From assembly GCA_965261395.1 (NCBI GenBank), contig OZ253462.1:1088001-1152000 (forward strand): a stretch of 64,000 bases of DNA, written 5' to 3'. A program made the translations under genes and the position numbers. Within the stretch, counting starts at the first letter, position 1. Each line of letters opens with the position of its first letter. A model generated the notes under the pieces. That model was given only the letters and a program-made list of their open reading frames with translations, was not told the DNA's origin and did no database searches. Shown here piece by piece: positions 21,206 to 30,217 of this stretch. This DNA comes from Candidatus Latescibacterota bacterium (GTDB lineage Bacteria > Latescibacterota > UBA2968 > UBA8231).

Positions 21206-22026
21206 TGCGCGTCGCCCAGGCCCGAGCCAAAGGGCACATAGGCGTAGTCGATGACCCAGTGCTTGGCCACGAGGCCCAGCCCGGCCGAGAGACTGTGGTT
21301 TTCAGTGCTCTGATAGCCTGCGCGCAGGAGCAGGTGCTCGCCGGCCCGGTACTCGCCGCCCAAATGCAGCGTGAGGTCGCCACCGCGAGCCTTCTGCGCT
21401 TCGACAGCTAAGAGCATGTCTGCGCGGCCGACATAGGCGGCCCCTAAACGAGCTTCTAAGGGCAGGTCAGTCTCCCGTTGGTCGAGGCGGTTCATGCGGC
21501 CCAAGTTGCGCACCGTGGCCCCCAAGCGCAAGCTGGCTGAGACATCGCACAGCAGCCCGAAATCAGCGGCCAAGCCACTGGCGTTTTGGGTAAAAATGGA
21601 CTGGCGGATGAAGTTTAGCTGCAAGCCAAGGCGCGTCCGCTCCATCTGGCGGGCGTAGCTCAAGCCAACCGCTCCCTCGTACACGCCGAAGTGTCCCAGC
21701 GGCTCAGCCGAGGGACCGGTGCGGCGCTCTAGGCTATCGTCGTGTAACAGTTGGGCAGAAAGCCCCCAAGTGCCGCGGCCCCGGGCTTGCGTCAAGTGCA
21801 AGTGATTCTGGCGGATATTCTGGATCGAGGCTTGGTGGTTAAAGGCGACACTGCGTCCACGCGATTGTCGGGCTGCTGGGTTGAGGGCTTGGGCGGCGAA
21901 CAGGGCCGTCTCCGCGCTGGCCAAGCCCGCAGCGCGGGCTCCGCCGCCTTGGCGCAGCGCGGGCAGGCCGGCGGCGGCGAGGGCCGTGGGCAGCGTTAAA
22001 AGCGCAATCAATAAGAGAGCCATCAC
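21169..22026 (-). CDS. PorV/UPF0164-like outer-membrane beta-barrel
   Basis: Signal peptide, GARAAGLA...NPA, alternating beta-strands, DYAY...LG. Confidence 0.7.
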   Translation of the reverse strand: MMALLLIALLTLPTALAAAGLPALRQGGGARAAGLASAETALFAAQALNPAARQSRGRSVAFNHQASIQNIRQNHLHLTQARGRGTWGLSAQLLHDDSLERRTGPSAEPLGHFGVYEGAVGLSYARQMERTRLGLQLNFIRQSIFTQNASGLAADFGLLCDVSASLRLGATVRNLGRMNRLDQRETDLPLEARLGAAYVGRADMLLAVEAQKARGGDLTLHLGGEYRAGEHLLLRAGYQSTENHSLSAGLGLVAKHWVIDYAYVPFGSGLGDAHWLSLQLESATP

Positions 22027-22029
22027 TTG

Positions 22030-22944
22030 TCAGAACGCCAGCGCCAGACCCACGGTCGTGCGGCCCCCAGCGCCGAGGGGATCGGTTAAGTAAGCGTATT
22101 GAAACTGCACGGTCTCGCGCCGCGCTGGGCGCAAGGTCAGCCCGGTCGAAAGTTGGCCCCCGTCTTCGGTACCGAGGCGATGTAGCCCGCCGCGTACCAC
22201 GAGCAGCGCACTTAGCTGCCACTCGGCCCCGAGATTGACGCTCTGTTCCCCGTCGGAACGGAGCTCAGCGGCCAGCAGCAGGGCGTTCAAAAGCCGATGT
22301 GACGCGCCAAAGACGAGGATGCGCGGCAGGGCATCCTCGGTGGTGTTCGACCGCTGGTCGGCGTGGCGCACCTTCCAGGCGAGGTCGGTGCTGAGATTGG
22401 ATATACCGGCCCCAAGCCAAGTATGCTCGGCCGCGCGGAACTGCACCCCTAAGTCGAAGCCGCTGCCGTTGGCCGTGGCCTTGGGGGCTGAGGGAATGTC
22501 GATGCTCTGTCTGAGGACTTTAACGGCCAAACCAACCGCAAGGCGCGGCCCAAGGGAGCGACCTATTCCGAAGATAAAAGCGTTCGCTCGATCCTCGATT
22601 GGCCCAGTGTATTGGCCACTGGCCGTGCGGCCCTTGATCCCGCCGACTGCGGCATGCGACCAAGCGAAGCCAAAGCCCATGTCGCCGCGAATGTTGAGCG
22701 CGACAGCACCGCTGCCTTGTCGCCGTCCCAGCGACAGCGACTGGATGGAGGTCTCTAGGGTCTTACCGCGCAGGCGAGCGAGGCCGGCCGGATTCCAGTA
22801 GGGTGACGACGCATCGTCGGCCGCGGCGACAAAGGCTCCCATCCCTAGGCCACGGGCACCCAGCCCTGTCCTGAGAAAGGCGGCGGCAAAATCAGCTCCG
22901 TGCGCGGTGGAGGCCGCGAGTAACAGCGCGAAGAGCGTTTTCAA
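22030..22944 (-). CDS. PorV/UPF0164-like outer-membrane beta-barrel
   Basis: GARGLGMG...ADDASSPYWNPAGL; C-terminal Phe. Confidence 0.78.
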   Translation of the reverse strand: MKTLFALLLAASTAHGADFAAAFLRTGLGARGLGMGAFVAAADDASSPYWNPAGLARLRGKTLETSIQSLSLGRRQGSGAVALNIRGDMGFGFAWSHAAVGGIKGRTASGQYTGPIEDRANAFIFGIGRSLGPRLAVGLAVKVLRQSIDIPSAPKATANGSGFDLGVQFRAAEHTWLGAGISNLSTDLAWKVRHADQRSNTTEDALPRILVFGASHRLLNALLLAAELRSDGEQSVNLGAEWQLSALLVVRGGLHRLGTEDGGQLSTGLTLRPARRETVQFQYAYLTDPLGAGGRTTVGLALAF

Positions 22945-24608
22945 TCGAGCACCACTATTCTGCCAAAGGCCTGTTGACCGGTGTTGAGGGCAATGCGGTA
23001 AAAGTACGTGCTATTGGCTACCAGTTGGCCGTCTTGGTCGAGGCCATCCCAAAGGATGCGGTGATCGACACCGCCGGCAAAGGGCGCATCCGTCGCAAGG
23101 TTGCGGACTAGGCCACTGGCAAAGTCGTAGATCGCAACAGATACCTCTGCATCCTGTGACAGGCTAAAGACGATGGTCGTAGTTTCGCGCGAGGGAGCGA
23201 AAGGATTGGGTGCTGCGTACGCGAGGGCCGTGCTGTCGGGCACGCCTCCGGCGCTGACGAAAGTACCTTCGTCGAGCGTACGCGTGCGGATCAGGTCGCG
23301 GATGACGCGCCAAGTGCTCCCCTCGTCCTCGGAGCGCCCGAGGCCATGCTCGGCCCCTGCCCAGAGCACATCGCCCACTCCTGCAAGCCCGACGAAGGTG
23401 CCGGTCAAGGGCTGTCCATCGACGACTTCTATGGTGTCCCAGACGCGTTCTGAGTCGATGGGCAGGGTTGGGTCTGAGCTGGATAGCAGCCCTAGGTCGG
23501 TGCCGGCCCAAACAAAATTGGAGGTAAAAGCAAAGTCCCAGGCAAAAGTAGGTCCAGTGTGGCCCCAGGTCTGGCCGAGGTCGCGGCTGACGCTGATGGC
23601 TTGGGTTTGGCCGGGCAACGTGGTAGTACTGGTTCCCGCCCAGATGGCACTACTGCCATTTGGCAGTATTTGGCGTTCGAGAGCGACGACCCAGTTGCCA
23701 GCCGGATGGCCTGGAAGGGGAGTGCCCTCTTCGCCGAGGCGCACTTTGGCGTTTTGCCAATGCTGGCTTCCATCAAAGGTGAAGGCGATGCCGCTGGCAG
23801 TGCCGATCCACACCGTATCCCCGTAAGCGATAACCGCAAAGGTGCGGTGTAGGAATGCTTGGCTAGCCAAGCTGTCGGCGGCCGCGCGCAACGGGGCAAT
23901 GTTGCTTGGGTCGGCGTTTTCACGTGCGAGACTGTCGGCTACAATTCGCAAGCTGTCGGCAGGGGTTTCGCTGGCGAAGAAGACGATCTCGTCTGCGCCG
24001 CCGGGCAAGAAGGGTTCCCAAGTGCGACCTTGGTCGAGTGAACGCACGGTGGAGCCGGCGAAAAAGGCGGCGTACACGGCCTCTCCGTCGATGGAGATGT
24101 CAAAACAAGCATTGAGGATGGTCGTGCCGGGGCTGCGCTCAAAACCGGCCTTGGTGGGGTCGAAAATGAACTCGTTGGGAATATGGTGCCAGGAGTCGCC
24201 GCCGTCGTGGGAAAAACTCAACCCCGTGCCCGCTTGGTTCACGCCCTGTCCAGCGATGACCGAGTCAACCAAAGTTGCTACCCACACAGTATCGCCGACC
24301 GCGTCGAGGGCGCTGATCGCGCCGCGACCGAGGCCGTTGAGTTCGGTAAAGGTGACCCAGTCCGTGGCGTCGAGGCCGCTGCTATGCGCCGGGTCGAGCC
24401 GCGCCACCCCACTTTCAGTGCCGACCCATAGATAGCGCCCGCTCCAGACGATGTCGCCTATAGAAGTGCCGAAGAGCCCGCGAATAGGCTCGGATGCTTG
24501 GTGGAAGCGCTGGGGCCGGAGTGCATGGCCGGGCGCTATATGCAGCGCGAGGACGAGCAGCGAGCAAGAGAAGAGAACGGTCTGCCGAAAAAAGAAATAG
24601 GTCATCAA
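22941..24608 (-). CDS. Secreted beta-propeller protein with C-terminal FlgD-Ig domain
   Basis: Repeated LWVGT / SxDxGxTW (Asp-box) motifs; YAAPNPF...WDGLD...TYFYRI. Confidence 0.78.
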   Translation of the reverse strand: MMTYFFFRQTVLFSCSLLVLALHIAPGHALRPQRFHQASEPIRGLFGTSIGDIVWSGRYLWVGTESGVARLDPAHSSGLDATDWVTFTELNGLGRGAISALDAVGDTVWVATLVDSVIAGQGVNQAGTGLSFSHDGGDSWHHIPNEFIFDPTKAGFERSPGTTILNACFDISIDGEAVYAAFFAGSTVRSLDQGRTWEPFLPGGADEIVFFASETPADSLRIVADSLARENADPSNIAPLRAAADSLASQAFLHRTFAVIAYGDTVWIGTASGIAFTFDGSQHWQNAKVRLGEEGTPLPGHPAGNWVVALERQILPNGSSAIWAGTSTTTLPGQTQAISVSRDLGQTWGHTGPTFAWDFAFTSNFVWAGTDLGLLSSSDPTLPIDSERVWDTIEVVDGQPLTGTFVGLAGVGDVLWAGAEHGLGRSEDEGSTWRVIRDLIRTRTLDEGTFVSAGGVPDSTALAYAAPNPFAPSRETTTIVFSLSQDAEVSVAIYDFASGLVRNLATDAPFAGGVDHRILWDGLDQDGQLVANSTYFYRIALNTGQQAFGRIVVLD

Positions 24609-24644
24609 GCGAGCATTTTCACTGCGGGCCAGTGGTTGGGCGAC

Positions 24645-25472
24645 TCAAGCATAGGTAGCGGCCCGCTCGCGCATGGCCTCGATTACTTCGTAGCCGACTC
24701 CGTAGTCGCCGATGCGGGTACCTTCGCTGTCGCCGTGGCTATCGGACCCTCCCGACTTGATCAGGCCATGGCGGTCGGCGAGCTGGTCGTAAAACTCCAT
24801 TTGCGCTGGCTGGTGGGACGGATGGAAGACCTCAATGCCGTCGAGCCCGTAGGCGACTAACTGCTCGATGATGGACTCGGGGAGGCTGATGCTGGGGTGG
24901 GCGAGCACGGCCACACCCCCTGTGTGATGAATGAGGGCGATGAGATCTTTGGCTGCGGCGTAGGGCTTAGGCTGAAAGGCCGGCCCGCGGTCGCCGATGT
25001 AGCGGCTGAAGGCTTCGTCCTTGTCGGCTACTAGGCCGTTTTGCACCATGGCCGCAGCGATGTGCGGTCGCCCGAGGGGGCTGCCGTTGGCTTGGGATAG
25101 CACGTCGTCGAGGCTGACGGTCAGCCCCATGCTGTTGAGTGCTTTGACGATGGCAATCCCCCGCTGGTAGCGGGCTTGAAAAGACTGTGCGAGGGTCGTG
25201 CCGAGCTGGTCGTTTTGGTAGTCGATGCAGTAGGCGAGAATGTGTACTTCGCGGTCCCGGATATGGGCGCTCAACTCGGTCCCAGGCACTACTTCCATAT
25301 GCATACGCTCGCCGGCCTCAGTGGCCTCGGGGACGCCCTTGACCGTATCGTGATCAGTCAAGCTCATCGCTTGCAAGCCCGCTTCGCAGGCCTCTTGGAC
25401 TGCTTCAGTCGGCGTCCGCAACCCGTCAGAGCACAGGGAATGGGTGTGGAGATCGGCTAAGTTGTAAGACAT
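24645..25472 (-). CDS. PHP-domain phosphoesterase (TrpH/YciV-like)
   Basis: DLHTHS..SDG, TDHD, GRPH, AHP, GGSDSHG. Confidence 0.9.
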   Translation of the reverse strand: MSYNLADLHTHSLCSDGLRTPTEAVQEACEAGLQAMSLTDHDTVKGVPEATEAGERMHMEVVPGTELSAHIRDREVHILAYCIDYQNDQLGTTLAQSFQARYQRGIAIVKALNSMGLTVSLDDVLSQANGSPLGRPHIAAAMVQNGLVADKDEAFSRYIGDRGPAFQPKPYAAAKDLIALIHHTGGVAVLAHPSISLPESIIEQLVAYGLDGIEVFHPSHQPAQMEFYDQLADRHGLIKSGGSDSHGDSEGTRIGDYGVGYEVIEAMRERAATYA

Positions 25473-25604
25473 AAGGGTCTCTTTATTCTGTGAGAATGCT
25501 ATTCCAGAGTTCTATATAAAAAAGAAAGCCTTTTGCTCTGCTCAATCAAGCCCTTCGTCCACATATCGCGATCCGCCTCGCACAGCTAAGAGTGGGTCGT
25601 TTTG

Positions 25605-26453
25605 CTACACGGGATTGTTAGAGAACTCGAGCAGTAGGTCGCCAGCGTGAATTCGCATTTTAGCGAGGGCTTCGTCCCGGAGCTGGCGCACTCGCTCGCG
25701 CGTGAGGCCCAATCGCACGCCGATTTGCTCCAGCGTCTGGGGCTCTTGGTCGTCGAGGCCGAAATAGGCGCGGACGACTAGGCGCTCGCGCCGGTCGAGC
25801 AAGTCGAGGCACGCATGCAGGGTATGGGAAAGTGCGGCGCGCTCATAGCAATCAGCCGGATCGGGAGTACAAGCCGCGAAGGTGGCCATCAGCGGCTCCC
25901 TTTCATCGGGCACGATCGGCACGTCCATAGAGATATCGGGTTGGGCCATGTGAAGGGCATTGTGCGTCCTCTCCAGCGATAATTCGGCGCTGTTGGCGAT
26001 TTCCTCGGGGGTGGGATTGCGCCCCAGTTTTTGGGCGAGGATACCCGTCCATCGCTCGACCTTTTGCAGGTCATTGACCCGGCTCAGCGGCGGGCGAGCA
26101 ATTTTGCCGTGTTCGGCTAGGGCACGGAGGATGGCTTGGCGAATCCACCACACCGCATAGGTGATGAACTTAAAGCCGCGGGTCTCGTCGAAGCGCTGGA
26201 CCGCTTCCATCAGCCCGAGGTTGCCTTCGGAAATTAGCTCCATAAAAGAGAGTCCGCGCCCGTGATATCCCCGCGCGATGCGGACGACAAAGCGCAAGTT
26301 GGCTTCGACCATCTGGTGCATGGCGCGCTCGTCACCAGCGCGCGCTCTACGCACCAGCTCGATCTCTCGTTGGCGGCTCAGCGGCTGAAAGTGCTGAATG
26401 TCGCGCCAGTAGGACTCGGCCAGATATAGCGAATTGAGGCTGCTTTTGCCCAT
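25605..26453 (-). CDS. RpoD/SigA-family sigma factor lacking region 1.1
   Basis: ANLRFVV, EGNLGL, GFKFITYAVWWIRQ, TRERVRQ. Confidence 0.92.
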   Translation of the reverse strand: MGKSSLNSLYLAESYWRDIQHFQPLSRQREIELVRRARAGDERAMHQMVEANLRFVVRIARGYHGRGLSFMELISEGNLGLMEAVQRFDETRGFKFITYAVWWIRQAILRALAEHGKIARPPLSRVNDLQKVERWTGILAQKLGRNPTPEEIANSAELSLERTHNALHMAQPDISMDVPIVPDEREPLMATFAACTPDPADCYERAALSHTLHACLDLLDRRERLVVRAYFGLDDQEPQTLEQIGVRLGLTRERVRQLRDEALAKMRIHAGDLLLEFSNNPV

Positions 26454-26537
26454 AAGTAGCCAAAACGATCAAAAAAATGATGTGAAGATACAGGTTCTAA
26501 GTAGAACGGCTGAGGAGAAGCGCGGTTCCAGCCCGGA

Positions 26538-28007
26538 TCAGGCTGGGGGAAGCAGCGGGCGGAAGCGGTCGTAGGCCGCGTCCCAAGCCGCGGCTTGTTC
26601 CGGCTCGTACATAACGGGCGCGAAGGAGTGGCGCACGACGTGGCGGATTTCGGCCAGCGAGGACATCTGGCCTAGGCCCATGAGCTGGAGCATTAAATTG
26701 CCGATAGCCGTAGCTTCGAGCGGCCCGGCAATGACCGGACGACCAGTAGCCGAGGCGGTAAACTGGCAGAGCAGGCGGTTTTGGATCCCACCGCCGACTA
26801 TGTGGATGAATTCGAGGCGGCGACCGAGAATGGTCTCTAGCGCGTCGAGCACGTAGCGGTACTTAAACGCTAGGCTTTCGAGGGCCACGCGCGCGACTTG
26901 CCCCTCGTCGGCGGGAATGGCTTGGCCCGTCTCTTGGCAATAGGCACGGATTCTGGCGGGCATGTCGCCCGGCGCGAGAAAGCACTCGGCGTCTGGCTCG
27001 ACGAAAGCAGTAAAGGGCGTAGCGCTTTGGGCCCTGGCCGTCAGTTCGTCGTAGGAAAAGGAGCGCCCCTCGCGCTGCCACGCGCGCCGGCACTCCTGTA
27101 TCAGCCACAGCCCCATGATGTTTTTGAGGAAGCGGTAGGTCGGCCCGACGCCCCCTTCATTGGTGAAATTGTACTGGAAGGCCTGATCGCTGATCAGCGG
27201 TTGGTCGAGCTCGACGCCCATCAGCGACCAAGTTCCCGAGCTGATATAGGCGTAGTCGCGGACTTCGGCGGGCACGGCAGCCACGGCCGCGCCCGTATCG
27301 TGAGTAGCTGGCGCGATGACCGGGACGGAGTCAAGCCCTACTTCAGCAGCAATAGAAGGCAGGAGCGAGCCTATGCGGGTTCCAGGCTGGACGATCTGGG
27401 GAAGAAAATGGGTTGGCAGCCCCAATCCTTCTAGAAGCTCGATCGACCAAGTGCCTTGGCGCGGATCGTAGAACTGGGTGGTAGTGGCGTTAGAGAATTC
27501 GCAGGTCTTGGTGCCCGTAAAATAGAAATTGAAAAGGTCGGCCATCATCAGGAAGGTCTGCGCCCATTCCAGCAAGGGCGAATCGCGCAGCGAAAGCAGT
27601 TGATACAAGGTGTTGAGCTTCAAAAACTGCACGCCGGTGCGCGCAAAAATTTCCTCGCGCGGCACCCGTGCAAAGGCTTCCTCTAGCATGCCGTCGGTAC
27701 GCGGGTCGCGGTAGTTGCGCGGATTGTCCAAGAGCACGTCCCCAGGCCCGAGAAGGGCGAAATCGACGCCCCAAGTATCGACGCCAATCGCATCGAGTGC
27801 CTTGCCGTGTGCGCGGGCAAACAGACCAAGGCCCTGTTTCATCTCGGCAAAGAGACGCAAAGGATCCCAGTAGAGACGGTCGCAGACTTGGACCGGACCG
27901 TTGGCAAAGCGGTGCAGCTCCTCCAGCGCTAGACGCTCGCCGTCGAAATGCCCGACGATGGCGCGGCCACTCTCGGCCCCTAGGTCAAAGGCCAGCAGCT
28001 TGCTCAT
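26538..28007 (-). CDS. rhaB: Rhamnulokinase / FGGY sugar kinase
   Basis: AFDLGAESGR, DTWGVD, HDT, SSGTWSL, NEGG, KNIMGLW. Confidence 0.85.
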   Translation of the reverse strand: MSKLLAFDLGAESGRAIVGHFDGERLALEELHRFANGPVQVCDRLYWDPLRLFAEMKQGLGLFARAHGKALDAIGVDTWGVDFALLGPGDVLLDNPRNYRDPRTDGMLEEAFARVPREEIFARTGVQFLKLNTLYQLLSLRDSPLLEWAQTFLMMADLFNFYFTGTKTCEFSNATTTQFYDPRQGTWSIELLEGLGLPTHFLPQIVQPGTRIGSLLPSIAAEVGLDSVPVIAPATHDTGAAVAAVPAEVRDYAYISSGTWSLMGVELDQPLISDQAFQYNFTNEGGVGPTYRFLKNIMGLWLIQECRRAWQREGRSFSYDELTARAQSATPFTAFVEPDAECFLAPGDMPARIRAYCQETGQAIPADEGQVARVALESLAFKYRYVLDALETILGRRLEFIHIVGGGIQNRLLCQFTASATGRPVIAGPLEATAIGNLMLQLMGLGQMSSLAEIRHVVRHSFAPVMYEPEQAAAWDAAYDRFRPLLPPA

Positions 28008-28282
28008 AGGTAGTTGAGACCGAGTTCGGAAACTAGCTCACGCGTGTCGTTGTCGAGGAGAGCGCAGATCAGGGCGATGCCCAACTCGCGCTCCAAGGTC
28101 GTGGCATAAGCGGTGTGTTCGTCGCGAAAGTTGATCCGCTGGAAGCCGAGGACGGCCTCTTTGAAATCCTCGCGTCGCTCGTAGAGGACAATTTGGGCAA
28201 TGGGTGCGTTGGCGAGTGCCTCGGCGACAAAGGATACGCCAAAAATTTCCTCTAAGGCGTTTCTGAGTTGGCGATGCAGCAT
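28004..28282 (-). CDS. Hypothetical protein (92 aa)
   Basis: ATGA overlap with rhaB and TAATG overlap with the upstream ORF. Confidence 0.7.
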   Translation of the reverse strand: MLHRQLRNALEEIFGVSFVAEALANAPIAQIVLYERREDFKEAVLGFQRINFRDEHTAYATTLERELGIALICALLDNDTRELVSELGLNYL

Positions 28283-28467
28283 TAGAAGGGATAGACCTCG
28301 TCGAGCCTGCGCTTAAGCGCGGTACTGCGCTGCTCGCCGTCATCTTCGATCACGTACTGGACGATGGGCGCGCGCCGCCAATAGCTCAACATGGTCTCAA
28401 AATTGAGGGTCGGCTGGTGAAACTCTAGGCGGAAAACCAAAAAGGCGCGGAGCAAGTTTTTGACCAT
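28282..28467 (-). CDS. Hypothetical protein (61 aa)
   Basis: ATG start; translationally coupled (TAATG) to the next gene. Confidence 0.55.
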   Translation of the reverse strand: MVKNLLRAFLVFRLEFHQPTLNFETMLSYWRRAPIVQYVIEDDGEQRSTALKRRLDEVYPF

Positions 28468-28542
28468 GGTTCTCTAATCGTTGCTTCATTCCCGGACGAG
28501 AGGCGAAACTCTTAAGCAGATCACTAGCGCAAACGCCGCACC

Positions 28543-29510
28543 TTAGCTGAGGTACTCCGAAATATGCTCTTCGATGCGTTGCAAGATCGGCATTTCGCCG
28601 AGTTCGGCTTCGAAGTCAGTGCCTGTAACCCGTTGGAAAAGGTCGATATAGCGCTCGGCAACTTGGATGCGGATCTCGTCGTCGAGCGCGGGGATATTGT
28701 CGTCGGAAATGCCCTTGTCACGGAGCCAGAGGCGCAAAAATTCTTTGTCGAGGCTTTCGGGCTCTGCGCCGCGGGCATGGCGTTCCGCGTAGGTGTCTCT
28801 GATCCAGAAGCGCGACGAGTCGGGCGTGTGGATCTCGTCGGCGAGCGTGATGTACCCGTCCGCGTCCAGCCCCATTTCGTATTTGGTATCGACGAGGATT
28901 AACCCTTGCTTGGCCGCCAGCTCTTCGCCGCGAGCAAAGAGCGCGAGGGCGATCTCCTCGACTTGGGTCCAGGTGTCTTCTGGCACCAAGCCTTGGGCGA
29001 TGATCTCGTCGCGCGAAATTAGCTCGTCGTGGACTTCGTCCTTGGTCGTCGGCGTGATGATCGCCTCGTCGAAGGGCTGATTTTTGACCATGCCGTCGGG
29101 CAACGTGTGGCCGCAGTAGTGGCGCACGCCTCTGTTGTAATGGTCCAGATGGCGGTGTCCGAACTGCCGGTCATATACTTGCGCACCACCACTTCGACGG
29201 GTAGGATGTCCAGCTCGCGGGCGACGGTGACGTTGGCGTCGGGCACTGAGATGACTTGATTAGGGGCGATGTCTTCGGTCTGCTCAAACCAGTACTGGGC
29301 GATGCGGTTGAGCACTTGGCCCTTGAGGGGAATGGCGCCGAGCACGTGGTCAAACGCGCTCTGGCGATCCGTAGTGATCAGCACGCGATGGTTGTCAAGC
29401 AAGTACATATCGCGCACCTTGCCGCGCTTGTAGCGCGACGCCCACTGGGGGAATTTGGCCTCTAGCAGGCAGTTGTCGAGTTGGGATTGGATCTGTTCGC
29501 GAGTTACCAT
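28543..29510 (-). pseudogene. purC: SAICAR synthase, split by a 1-bp deletion near 29141 (pseudogene or sequence error)
   Basis: N-half has RGKVRD, TDRQSAFD, KGQVLN, PVEVVVR. C-half in another frame has TPTTK, LVDTKYE, DEIHTPDSSR, SLDKEFLR. Confidence 0.85.
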
Positions 29511-29680
29511 GGAATCGGCGTCCTCCATGAGCAAGAGCTTGGGATGCGAGAAAAATTGATATTATGAGGGCGCATAAGCCCCGTCAATAGGTCCGAAGTA
29601 GAGAATGCTTGATTTTCGCCTCTCTGCGGTGTATTTTGAGGCCGACGAAACAGACATCTCACCCTTACAGGGAGGTCTAT

Positions 29681-30154
29681 ATGTTGAAGAAACTGGCTAT
29701 ACTGATGCTGGCGGTTGGCCTAGGCGGTTGCGGGACCGAGGAGGAAGACAAGCAAATACTTATCGAGTATGTGACGAAGTTGAAGGAGCTGGACGACGAA
29801 AATAAGCGGATTGTCAGGATCATTGAGCATCTGAGAAAGCCGATCAGCGAGATTTCCGAACAGGATTTGGCCGAGGCGCGTCAGCTCATCAACGAATATG
29901 TGGCGCAGCTGCAAACTTTACCCCAAGATCTCCCATATCGCGAACTGCGCTTGACCCACAACCTCTATGTCGAAAAGGTGTCGCAGTCCATCGAGTTGTC
30001 GGGGGACAAGGGGCGCGAGATGAAGCGCGAGAAGAGCAATGTGGACATCGGCGTGCGCCACATCGAGAAATTCACCAAGCGACATCACAACGGCATGAGC
30101 GTCTTGTGGGAGCGTCATAGATTGCCGGATTTTCCGCTAGAGTGGCCCCAGTAA
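29681..30154 (+). CDS. Hypothetical helical lipoprotein
   Basis: GGAGG RBS, MLKK...LGG-C lipobox. Confidence 0.75.
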   Translation: MLKKLAILMLAVGLGGCGTEEEDKQILIEYVTKLKELDDENKRIVRIIEHLRKPISEISEQDLAEARQLINEYVAQLQTLPQDLPYRELRLTHNLYVEKVSQSIELSGDKGREMKREKSNVDIGVRHIEKFTKRHHNGMSVLWERHRLPDFPLEWPQ

Positions 30155-30171
30155 TCCGGACGGTGTTCAAA

Positions 30172-30213
30172 CAAATGTAGCCCCCGGCCCTTTGAGGTTG
30201 GGGGCTACATTTG
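30172..30213. terminator. Hairpin between convergent genes, probable bidirectional terminator
   Basis: Perfect 14-bp stem CAAATGTAGCCCCC / GGGGGCTACATTTG. Confidence 0.75.
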
Positions 30214-30217
30214 CGTT

